This document shows, piece by piece, positions 9,178 through 17,305 of a stretch of 64,000 bases of DNA. The translations under genes were made by a program, and so were the position numbers. The notes beneath the pieces are model-generated. The model did not search any database, was not told the origin of the DNA, and was given only the letters and a program-made list of their open reading frames with translations. Every line of letters starts with the position of its first letter. Within the stretch, counting starts at the first letter, position 1. The DNA is from Candidatus Omnitrophota bacterium. Its GTDB lineage: Bacteria; Omnitrophota; Gorgyraeia; 2-01-FULL-45-10. The DNA lies in contig JAZDOS010000028.1 of NCBI GenBank assembly GCA_043798375.1, positions 28,241-92,240 on the forward strand, given 5' to 3'.

Positions 9178-10856
9178 ACCCTGCTTCTTCCGGTTAATTT
9201 AACCAAGACATAGTGCATTAAGGATAAAGGAAAGGCGAGCGAAAGCCTGGCCAGGCCGTCAATGTCCGCATTTTTGATAAATGAGGCTATTTTAGTCGTG
9301 TAGATCCTCGCCCCCGTGGAAAGGAGCGGAAAACGATAGTGCATGTTCCTGTCAGTGATTTTTGAAGGCCAAACGGAATTATCCAGGCGATCTCTTATGC
9401 TGAAGTCCGCGTCATAATAGTCTGCTATCCGCTGAACATAGCCGAGGTACAGCAGGACCCCTTCCCATATGCCGTATTTCAGAGATATTTCTTTAAGGTA
9501 TTCCCAGTTTATGACATTATCGTTTATGAGCCTGATAGTGTTATAGACATCGCATATCCTTATATTAAAATGGCGATACATCCTCTGAAGGACGCACAAT
9601 AATAGGCGGTATTCTGCCTTAGGAACATAAGCTGTCTTATCATCTGTTATATTGACTTTTACCCTCTCCGAAAGCAGGCCTCGCACGAACCTCTTCTCTT
9701 CTCCGAACTCACCCAGCCGCGAACAGTGCACTTCCAGGGTAATATTATTCGGCATCTTATAGTTTCTTTTTACGGCTATCTTTTCTGCTAATGTAGGGAC
9801 GTCCAGTTTTGCCTTATAAAGGCCTATCAATATGTTGTCGATCTCTTCGATAGGCGCATCGGTGCACAGATCAACATCGTGGCCAAGGTCGGGATAGTTA
9901 TCGAGACTCTTTATGACCATGATGCGAAGATTCCGTTTTTCAAATTCTTCAGTGACTTTACCTATGACGTCTACAGCCCTGTCCAGGCGCAGCCCCTCCT
10001 CTTCCAGGATCGGTTTTACCTGTTCCGTCTCCGCAGCGGTTAATAACTTCTCATTGGATCTCAGCCAGCGGACCGTCAGCCTATTCTTGTTCAACACTGA
10101 AAGGATGCGGTTAAATTCAAGTTCTTTTCTATCGCCTTTATAGGCCGGGTTTAACATTGAGCCTGTTATAAAATCAATATATTGAGAATATATATCGGCC
10201 GTTTTCCTCAGGGGTCTCGCTGAATCCCTGAAGCGATCGACTATTTCGCGTTGGACGCTATCTATATCAGCCTGATCGATAATGATGCTTTGCGGCACAG
10301 AATGAAAAATATCAAAATAGGCCGCTCTTCTCTCCTTATAAAAGTCCGGAGGATATTCCGGTTTTCTTCGGTACGCCATTTCAGGCGCCGCGTCAAGCAG
10401 GATCGGCAGATCCGGCCTCAGAACCGCCCTGAGCATACATCTGGTGTATGTCTTCGAGCCGGTGCCGAACAGGTTCGCGAGCGAATCGTACATATAACGG
10501 TCCATTATCAACGTATATCTCTTAATCCTTGTATAATATAACGATTTTATCAATAATATAAAGAGGTCGCCGATATAGACGATCTTTCGAAACAGGACTG
10601 TTTTCGAGTCTTTTCTATTCTTATCGTATCGATAGGATGGGTTATGACCGGCCGCAGCGCCGCGTTCCTCCCTGGGTAAAAGTTTTCTCACTGAAGCAGA
10701 GAGAGATATATCGTCATACATAGTGATACACTTGAATTTATATTTATGCCTTTCCAAAAACTCAGAGAAGAGTTTTATCTGCGTGGTCTTACCGGCACCG
10801 TCCAACCCTGAAAATGTGATCAGCATGAGGCTACCGCCTGCCGACTCGCGAACCAT
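9171..10856 (-). CDS. fusion protein: N-terminal thymidylate-kinase-like P-loop kinase, C-terminal nucleotidyltransferase-like domain
   Basis: N-terminus ITFSGLDGAGKTTQ (Tmk Walker A) and LIMDRYMYDSLA (Tmk DRY motif). C-terminal half has PDLGHDVDLCTD, resembling the hG..DhDh motif of Pol-beta-fold nucleotidyltransferases. Confidence 0.5.
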   Translation of the reverse strand: MVRESAGGSLMLITFSGLDGAGKTTQIKLFSEFLERHKYKFKCITMYDDISLSASVRKLLPREERGAAAGHNPSYRYDKNRKDSKTVLFRKIVYIGDLFILLIKSLYYTRIKRYTLIMDRYMYDSLANLFGTGSKTYTRCMLRAVLRPDLPILLDAAPEMAYRRKPEYPPDFYKERRAAYFDIFHSVPQSIIIDQADIDSVQREIVDRFRDSARPLRKTADIYSQYIDFITGSMLNPAYKGDRKELEFNRILSVLNKNRLTVRWLRSNEKLLTAAETEQVKPILEEEGLRLDRAVDVIGKVTEEFEKRNLRIMVIKSLDNYPDLGHDVDLCTDAPIEEIDNILIGLYKAKLDVPTLAEKIAVKRNYKMPNNITLEVHCSRLGEFGEEKRFVRGLLSERVKVNITDDKTAYVPKAEYRLLLCVLQRMYRHFNIRICDVYNTIRLINDNVINWEYLKEISLKYGIWEGVLLYLGYVQRIADYYDADFSIRDRLDNSVWPSKITDRNMHYRFPLLSTGARIYTTKIASFIKNADIDGLARLSLAFPLSLMHYVLVKLTGRSRVW

Positions 10857-11035
10857 CCAATAGTACGTTTTAGCCCTTCCTCAAAATCGACGGCTGGCTT
10901 GTAACCAAGCAGTCGTTCCGCTTTTGATATGTCGGCCAAGATGTTGATTAAAGGCCAGGCGTAGATCGTGAAGACCCATTCTTGCGGGCGGATGTAGATT
11001 GCTGTAATGTATAGCAACAGCATGATGAATGACAT
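10820..11035 (-). pseudogene. 3' remnant of an NAD-dependent epimerase/dehydratase gene (5' part absent)
   Basis: Only the last ~45 aa resemble SDR epimerases (ADISKAERLLGYKPAVDFEEGLKRTIGWF). The N-terminal part of the ORF is unrelated. The upstream position where the rest of the gene should be is occupied by the IVS-like element and the fic/doc gene. Confidence 0.5.
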
Positions 11036-11094
11036 AATATATTAGTGCAAAAGTGCGTTAGTGCTTGAGTGCGTAAGTACGCTGGAAACGCATT

Positions 11095-11373
11095 TCAGCT
11101 CAATCCTTTCAAATATTTGATAAAACCATTAGTCATTCTACGGATTTCTTCGGTTTCTTGATAAATTTTATCAAATTCATTTTTAGCAATATACGATTGA
11201 TCTAACGCCATATATAATTGGCTTTGAATTTCCGATATTGCCGCTCTGGTTAACTGATCTCTCAGGCCCCAATCTTTTGAAAATTTAGACGTTGAGGTAA
11301 TTCTATAGACTACTTTTGTCAGCTCCCGCGATCTCTTCCAAATATCCAAATCTTCAAATTTTGTAATTTTCAT
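11095..11373 (-). CDS. four-helix-bundle protein (23S rRNA intervening-sequence protein family)
   Basis: FEDLDIWKRSRELTKVVYRIT...DWGLRDQLTRAAIS matches the conserved N-terminus of IVS four-helix-bundle proteins. The ORF is flanked by GTGCGTAAGT-type inverted repeats at 11040-11085 and 11376-11410. Confidence 0.7.
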   Translation of the reverse strand: MKITKFEDLDIWKRSRELTKVVYRITSTSKFSKDWGLRDQLTRAAISEIQSQLYMALDQSYIAKNEFDKIYQETEEIRRMTNGFIKYLKGLS

Positions 11374-11407
11374 AACTTATGCACCCATGCACTTACGCTC
11401 TCATGCA

Positions 11408-12430
11408 CTATTCTTTAAGCAAATTCGTGATGATTTTGATCATTACATCTTTCTCTCGAGGATCGCTTGCGGCGATAAGAAGAGAAAGGGCAACGATTGC
11501 ATTATCATTGATCTTGCGTTCGCCATTGACTTTACGCAGATAGCTATTCTTTTCAAGATAGTAGATAAAAAGAAGTGACGCGATCCTTTTATTCCCATCC
11601 GAAAAAGGATGATCTTTAATGGTAAGATATAATAAGTTCGCCGCCTTCTCCTCTATACTCCGATAGAGATCTTTACGATCAAATGTCTGATAAAGAGCGC
11701 CGATAATGCTCTTGAACTTATGCGATGTCTCTTGGCCAAACAACTCGGTCGCCTCACCTTTTTCGCAGAGTCGTGACTTAATGTCATTAATGCTATTGTG
11801 CGCGTGCTCATATGTCAAAATAAACGTTGGTGTTTTCCGACCGGCAATAGAAAGAGATTTGCTGTCATATTTATTAAGAATTGTGAGCGCATTCGCGTAT
11901 TCATTAAGCAGTTTTAGGAGCTCATCTCCCTTACCGGTCAATTGAGGATGGACGGTTTTGCCGCTAATGAAGGCTATAGTCTCCTGGAGGTCCTTTAACG
12001 CGGTCTCGCGTCCCAGTAGTCTTTTTTGATTTAGCGCATACCCCCGAATAAGATAATTTCTTAAAACGTTCGTCGCCCATATGCGAAATTGAGTCGCCCG
12101 CTTTGAATTAACCCTATAACCGACGGATATGATTATATCCAGATTATAGCATTCAATGAGTCTTTCGATACGCCTTGCCCCTTCTATTTGAACTGTTGCA
12201 AAATTTGCAACAGTTGAACGGCTATCCAACTCTTTTTCTCGGAAAATATTGCTAATATGCCTTGAGATTACCGATTTATCCCTATCAAAAAGCCGCGCAA
12301 CCTGATTAAGACTAAGCCACACCGTCTCATTTTCAAGCTTCACGTCCAGGCGAACAGAGCCGCTTTTCGCTTTATAAATAGCAATTTCGCCTTTATTAGC
12401 TCCTACATTCTCATCTCTTCTATTTTTCAT
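11408..12430 (-). CDS. RhuM-family virulence protein with Fic/Doc (death-on-curing type) domain
   Basis: N-terminus GEIAIYKAKSGSVRLDVKLENETVWLSLNQVARLFDRDKSVISRHISNIF (RhuM/Fic N-domain). C-terminal HPFSDGNKR matches the Doc-type Hx(F)x(D/N)GNKR motif. Confidence 0.8.
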   Translation of the reverse strand: MKNRRDENVGANKGEIAIYKAKSGSVRLDVKLENETVWLSLNQVARLFDRDKSVISRHISNIFREKELDSRSTVANFATVQIEGARRIERLIECYNLDIIISVGYRVNSKRATQFRIWATNVLRNYLIRGYALNQKRLLGRETALKDLQETIAFISGKTVHPQLTGKGDELLKLLNEYANALTILNKYDSKSLSIAGRKTPTFILTYEHAHNSINDIKSRLCEKGEATELFGQETSHKFKSIIGALYQTFDRKDLYRSIEEKAANLLYLTIKDHPFSDGNKRIASLLFIYYLEKNSYLRKVNGERKINDNAIVALSLLIAASDPREKDVMIKIITNLLKE

Positions 12431-12516
12431 GATATTTCTCTCATCTAAGGTCTACGGTCTTCTATCTGTGGTCTACGGTCTACTATGCTATTTTTGTGAT
12501 ATTTTCTTGGCAACTC

Positions 12517-12543
12517 TCTTAAGGTCACAATTTGTGACCTTAA
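12517..12543. promoter_or_regulatory. 27-bp near-perfect palindrome CTTAAGGTCACAATTTGTGACCTTAAG upstream of the fic/doc gene
   Basis: Read directly from sequence. Located about 90 nt 5' of the fic/doc start. Operator-like. Confidence 0.4.
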
Positions 12544-12723
12544 GATATCCACCTCATCCCCTACTATATAAGACGTTAAAAGGAGAAAAATTATTGTTCC
12601 GTAAAACAACTTTATAGGAAATCGAACTTTTTTAAAGATGTTTTTCGGGATCCCGACAGATACATGTCAAAAGGTTCAGTTTTCTATAAAGCTATCTGAC
12701 GGGACAAATATTTTAAAATAATT

Positions 12724-12975
12724 TTATTTCTTGCGCCTATTTTTCCATCTCACCAGAGCGTAGCCGGCTAGGCCGCTAGCTACGAGGGCGATGGTCGCGG
12801 GCTCGGGATTGGGAGCAGGGGTTATAGGATCGTCTCCGCCGCCCGGATTGGACCCGCCGCCTGAATAGCTTGAGCTTCCCGAGGAACTTGAGCCATCGTT
12901 TCCGGATTTCTTACACCCCGTTAATAATGTCACTGCCACTATGCCAATTAAAACAAACCACACTAACTTCTTCAT
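12724..12975 (-). CDS. minimal PEP-CTERM sorting-domain protein with lipoprotein-type signal peptide
   Basis: N-terminus MKKLVWFVLIGIVAVTLLTGC (lipobox). Gly/Ser-rich linker. C-terminus PEPATIALVASGLAGYALVRWKNRRKK (PEP motif, TM helix, basic tail). 4-nt overlap with the BY-kinase gene. Confidence 0.75.
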   Translation of the reverse strand: MKKLVWFVLIGIVAVTLLTGCKKSGNDGSSSSGSSSYSGGGSNPGGGDDPITPAPNPEPATIALVASGLAGYALVRWKNRRKK

Positions 12976-13814
12976 GATACTACCTCCATTTCTTTTGCCT
13001 TTACAGGCTGTTTTTCGTGGTAATAGTAACTTTCATATTTATTTATATACTTATAAAGATACTGCGGCATATGATACTCGACATTAGTCATGACATAGCC
13101 GAGGATCTTGGCGCGGGATTGCTGGAGGCGCGTCTCGGCATGCTTGACAATGTCGGATTGAGTCCTACCTGCTTGAATCACGAGTATGACACCGTCCGCG
13201 AGCGGCCCGAGTATGCAGGCATCGGTGAGCGGCATTACGGGCGGCGAATCTATAAATATGTAGTCGAACCTCGGTTTAAGCATATTCAGCAGGGTTTCCA
13301 TCTTCTTTGAATTGAGAAGCTCTGACGGGTTCCTCGGAGTTTTGCCGGCCGGCATCACAGTGAGATTATCGATACCGGGATTAACGAATACGGCATCTAT
13401 CCCTGCCTCGTCCTTCAATATCTCCGAAAGGCCGGGTGAGCGGTTTATACCGAAATATTTCGCTGCGGCGCCTTTACGCATATCGGCGTCGATAATAAGA
13501 ACGGATTTGCCGTTCAGATCGTGCGCCATTGTTATGGCAAGATTTATCGACGTGACGGTCTTTCCTTCGCTATTTATAGCGCTCGTCACAACGAATGTCT
13601 TGTAATTATTCGTAAGCCTGAGCGTCTGGATATTGGTCCGCAATATCTTATACTGTTCTCCTATAGGCGAGGAAGGGTCATGAAATGAGACGATATGCTC
13701 ATTTATCGCGGTATCATTGATCTTCCGTATTACATATTGGGTTTCCGGTTTTTTTTGAATGCGCGCTATCCGCTCATCCGCTACTTTCTTCAGCGCATCT
13801 GTTATTTTTCCCAT
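12972..13814 (-). CDS. polysaccharide biosynthesis tyrosine autokinase, ATPase domain (CpsD/CapB/EpsG-like)
   Basis: MinD-like Walker A VVTSAINSEGKTVTSINLA, DxD box IIDADMR, and C-terminal tyrosine cluster YLYKYINKYESYYYH. Confidence 0.8.
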   Translation of the reverse strand: MGKITDALKKVADERIARIQKKPETQYVIRKINDTAINEHIVSFHDPSSPIGEQYKILRTNIQTLRLTNNYKTFVVTSAINSEGKTVTSINLAITMAHDLNGKSVLIIDADMRKGAAAKYFGINRSPGLSEILKDEAGIDAVFVNPGIDNLTVMPAGKTPRNPSELLNSKKMETLLNMLKPRFDYIFIDSPPVMPLTDACILGPLADGVILVIQAGRTQSDIVKHAETRLQQSRAKILGYVMTNVEYHMPQYLYKYINKYESYYYHEKQPVKAKEMEVVS

Positions 13815-13829
13815 TGACCCCTCCTGTTG

Positions 13830-14681
13830 CTATGACGCATAGCTTAAACTGCGCGATACGCTCATAGATATTATTTTGTTATGCAAAAGCTCTTCGATCG
13901 ACTCCCGAGCTATTTCTCCTGTGATAATTTTCGCTTCGGCGACTATACCGCTTATAAGTGAGTTGTGGCACGCGAGGTTTATTAACCTCGGGATGCCTTT
14001 CGAATAATTATAGATCTCCCCGATCGCGTCCTCCGTAAATATGTCGGCTGCCGTGTTGCCTGATACCTTAAGCCTGTGCTTCAGGTATGCCGCTGTCTCG
14101 GTATAATCCAGCGCCTCAAGGTGATAGTAAAGAACTATTCGCTGGCTGAACTGTTCTAATCTGGGATGCGACAATTTTTTACGCAAGTCCGGCTGTCCTA
14201 TGAGTATTATCTGGACGAGCTTCTCCTTTTCGGTCTCAAGATTGGAGAGCATCCGGATCTCTTCCAGGACAGACGGGGTCAGGTTCTGAGCTTCATCAAC
14301 CAGTATCACAACGTTAATGTCTCTGGCCGCCTGTTCTATCAGAAATTTATTGAGCGCCGACATGAGATGGGTTTTTGATGTGGAGCGGTATTCAACGCCA
14401 AAATCCTCCAATATAGAGGTAAGAAGCTCTTTCTTTCCAAGATGAGTATTCAGGACTAGCGCCACCTTCGTAAGGGGATCAAGCTTATTCAATAGTGTCC
14501 TGCAGACCGTGGTCTTGCCGGAGCCTATTTCGCCGGTTATGACGGCAAAGCCATTTCTCTCGCTTATAGCCAGAAGAAGCCTGTTCAGCGCCTCTTCATG
14601 TTTTTGGCTCGGGAAGAAGAAGCTCGAGTCAGGCGTCATGTTGAATGGTTTAGCTTTGAATCCGTAGAACTTTTCGTACAT
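13830..14681 (-). CDS. ExeA-like AAA ATPase, PEP-CTERM/exosortase-locus type (putative secretion ATPase)
   Basis: Walker A ITGEIGSGKTTVCRTLL, Walker B VVILVDEAQNL. Genomic context in a PEP-CTERM EPS locus. Confidence 0.7.
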   Translation of the reverse strand: MYEKFYGFKAKPFNMTPDSSFFFPSQKHEEALNRLLLAISERNGFAVITGEIGSGKTTVCRTLLNKLDPLTKVALVLNTHLGKKELLTSILEDFGVEYRSTSKTHLMSALNKFLIEQAARDINVVILVDEAQNLTPSVLEEIRMLSNLETEKEKLVQIILIGQPDLRKKLSHPRLEQFSQRIVLYYHLEALDYTETAAYLKHRLKVSGNTAADIFTEDAIGEIYNYSKGIPRLINLACHNSLISGIVAEAKIITGEIARESIEELLHNKIISMSVSRSLSYAS

Positions 14682-14694
14682 GTGTTACTCCCCG

Positions 14695-16005
14695 TTAGCT
14701 ACCTGTCAATAACGTAACTATGATAAATACCGCCAGGATAAGGCCTGTCGCCACCGATATGCCGGTAATCCTGGTATTCCTTATCTTCTGTACCTTGATA
14801 TCGGTCTCGGTTACGATCCTCGATATTACGCCTAACATCGGCAGATTGAAATGCATCTTTACGTCTTCGACGCTTAAGAAGGAATGGTCGAGCATCTCAA
14901 CGGCAAATACTAACGCAAGGCCGGCGCAAAGCCCCGCAAACATGCCCGCGAATAGCACCGCTATCTTATTGGGCTTCGTAGCTTTAAGCGGACGCCGCGC
15001 GGGGTCCAGAATCGTGTATCTGGTACCTTCCTTGGATGATTCCAGGCGCTGGGTAATCTTGGCCGTCTCGAGCCGCTCCAGAAGCGTATTGTATAACTTC
15101 TGGTTTACGTTCTGGTCTTCGGTAGCTACCTGGTCCATCTTCTCTAAAAGAAGCAGCTTGTAGAGCTTTTCATTAGTCGCTGTAGTGAGTTTTTCCCTGT
15201 TTGCGCCTCCCTGCGAGTCCAGATTCGGCTGGGCGAGGTTCTCTTTCATCTTCTTAAGCTCGGTCTTAAGCGTTTTCAGCTCAGCGTCAGAGCCTGCCAC
15301 CGAAGCCTGTGTCACGTCATAATTACCTCTATTAATCTCTTCTTTAGCCGAGGAGATCTTCTTCCTGAGCTCTATAACCATGGGATGCTTATCCGTGGAA
15401 TCGACCAGGAGCTTCTTAAGCTGGTCTTCCATCTGGGCCACATCCGCCTGCTTGACCTTCTTCTGGTATAGGCCCAGTTGGTCATTGATGAACGAGATCG
15501 CGTCTTCGCTCTCCCTGCTCTGCTGTTTTAAGTTCTCGGATATGAATATATCGGTTATCGTCTTCACTATATTCTGCGACTCAACCGGGCTCGGGCCTTC
15601 ATAAGCGATGCTTATTATGCTCTGGCCGTGCATACGCACTATTATATTTTTCCTCAGGCCTTTTACAAGAGCTTCAAACTGCGCCTGGTTGCTCACGTTT
15701 TTGGCGAGATCGAGAGCCTTTATCAGCTGAAGCATCCTGTCCCAGCCGAGTATCTGCTCCCTTAGAACGGCCAGACGCTGAGCGGTGCTGGTGGAGATCG
15801 CCAGTCCCTGGATCAGGGGATTGATTATTCTTCCCTCTTCGACGAGTATCAATGTCGACGCCTGATAAGCCTTGGGAAGGACATTGCCCGCGACAATGCC
15901 TGCAATGATGCCTATTATTATAGGAATAATGAGCAGCCATTTTCGCCTGAATATGATCTGCAGGTATTCGAGCGGCTTTCTTATTTTAGCTTGTATGTTT
16001 TCCAT
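14695..16005 (-). CDS. polysaccharide chain-length determinant protein (Wzz/PCP family)
   Basis: N-terminal TM helix (WLLIIPIIIGIIAG), long coiled-coil periplasmic region, C-terminal TM (VATGLILAVFIIVTLL). Start moved to the internal ATG at 16005, which has a GAGGAG RBS 8 nt upstream. The track ORF extends to 16089. Confidence 0.7.
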   Translation of the reverse strand: MENIQAKIRKPLEYLQIIFRRKWLLIIPIIIGIIAGIVAGNVLPKAYQASTLILVEEGRIINPLIQGLAISTSTAQRLAVLREQILGWDRMLQLIKALDLAKNVSNQAQFEALVKGLRKNIIVRMHGQSIISIAYEGPSPVESQNIVKTITDIFISENLKQQSRESEDAISFINDQLGLYQKKVKQADVAQMEDQLKKLLVDSTDKHPMVIELRKKISSAKEEINRGNYDVTQASVAGSDAELKTLKTELKKMKENLAQPNLDSQGGANREKLTTATNEKLYKLLLLEKMDQVATEDQNVNQKLYNTLLERLETAKITQRLESSKEGTRYTILDPARRPLKATKPNKIAVLFAGMFAGLCAGLALVFAVEMLDHSFLSVEDVKMHFNLPMLGVISRIVTETDIKVQKIRNTRITGISVATGLILAVFIIVTLLTGS

Positions 16006-16024
16006 TGTTCTACTTCTCCTCTTT

Positions 16025-17029
16025 TTATAATCCCACCGCCGCAATACCCGCGCCTGCCGCGGCCGCGCCGCCTGCCTCGCTGACAGCATTGGTTACCGGC
16101 GATATTATCCTGATTATCTTAGCCATGATCGTAGCGGGAATGTAAAGGACATCCCCGGGCTTCATCTCAAGATTGCATTTAAGGTCGCCGCTGTATAATA
16201 ACTCGAACACATTTACTTCCGTAAAATTGTTCCTGCCTTTATTGTCCGGAGTGATGAGGCGGCATCTTCTCATAGCCGCCGCGTTTGTGGGCAAGCCCGC
16301 CGCTATAAGGGCCTCGCGGATCTTTACTGTGTTGCCCCTCATGTAAAACTTGCCCGGATTACCGACCTCACCTACAACAAAAAAGACTTTGCTTAAATAT
16401 GCTAATATGCGGACGTTCACCTCAGGCTCGATGATGTATTCGGAAAGTATGCTTGAAAGGCGCTCCTGCAGCTGTACTTTCGTAAGGCCGTTTACCAGCA
16501 CGTCGCCGATGAACTTATACTCGATCTTGCCTTCTGATGTAACGGTATATTGGCCGCTAAACTCGGGATGCCTCCTTACCTCTATTTCAATAACGTCATC
16601 CGCGCCCAGGGTGTATTTAACCGCTTCGGTCATAGAGACGGGTGGCGGCGTATTGACAGCAGGCAGATCCCTTAGATTGATATCCACGGAACTGCTTGTT
16701 TCGACGACGGCCCTGGTTTGCGCAGGGGCGGTTTCGGCAAAGCACGTGCCTCCTATTATATAGGAAGCGAGGGAAAAGGCGCATAGCGCGCTTACCAACA
16801 CGTCTTTCGCGTAAGCGCTTGCCGGCTTCTCAAGCTCATTATATTCGTAACTGCTTTCAAAGAATTTTCTTATCATGTCAATATCCCCTTTCTCGTAAAA
16901 TCTCCATCCGCGCCAATCACGCTTGGAGCGCTTGATCTTCCCCGCCTTCTCCCATCTCATGATGGTCCGCGGCGTAACCCCTACAGACTTCGCGACTTCC
17001 GTTATCGATAAGCGATCTTTTAGCACCAT
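16025..17029 (-). CDS. polysaccharide export protein (Wza/EpsE-like, Poly_export+SLBB) with in-frame N-terminal MerR/excisionase-type HTH
   Basis: N-terminal LSITEVAKSVGVTPRTIMRWEKAGKI (HTH), then TM segment VLVSALCAFSLASYIIGG, then Wza-like periplasmic domain (PGDVLYIPA). Confidence 0.65.
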   Translation of the reverse strand: MVLKDRLSITEVAKSVGVTPRTIMRWEKAGKIKRSKRDWRGWRFYEKGDIDMIRKFFESSYEYNELEKPASAYAKDVLVSALCAFSLASYIIGGTCFAETAPAQTRAVVETSSSVDINLRDLPAVNTPPPVSMTEAVKYTLGADDVIEIEVRRHPEFSGQYTVTSEGKIEYKFIGDVLVNGLTKVQLQERLSSILSEYIIEPEVNVRILAYLSKVFFVVGEVGNPGKFYMRGNTVKIREALIAAGLPTNAAAMRRCRLITPDNKGRNNFTEVNVFELLYSGDLKCNLEMKPGDVLYIPATIMAKIIRIISPVTNAVSEAGGAAAAGAGIAAVGL

Positions 17030-17305
17030 TTCCGAAATCCTCCTATTTATATATCTGTCTATGAAATACTATGACTGACCTGTATCTTCCTGTATAAGCA
17101 ATATCTGTGCCAATGTTTTTAAGGCTAACTTTAACCTGTTTTGTATCTCGGTGTAGGCAATGCGGGACAGTGAAGTCTATTTTTATACATTGTTAGGAAT
17201 TGAAAGAAAAAAGTTGCTTTTTAATTACTTAACTGGCAAAATACTATATCTAATTATAGTAGGGCAGGTTTAAACCTGCCCTACATCTTGGAATAATATA
17301 AACTT

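Noticed and set aside
12501-12520. Possible sigma-54 promoter (TGGCAactctcTTaag)
   Set aside because: Lacks the conserved -12 TTGC/GC element. More likely part of the operator palindrome context.
15674-15940. 88-aa Arg/Gly/Ser-rich minus-strand ORF
   Set aside because: Alternative frame inside wzz. Compositionally biased. No start context.
16006-16089. Upstream extension of wzz (MLSARQAARPRQARVLRR...)
   Set aside because: Arg-rich extension overlaps the Wza gene 3' end. The internal ATG at 16005 has a GAGGAG RBS and gives a typical Wzz N-terminus.
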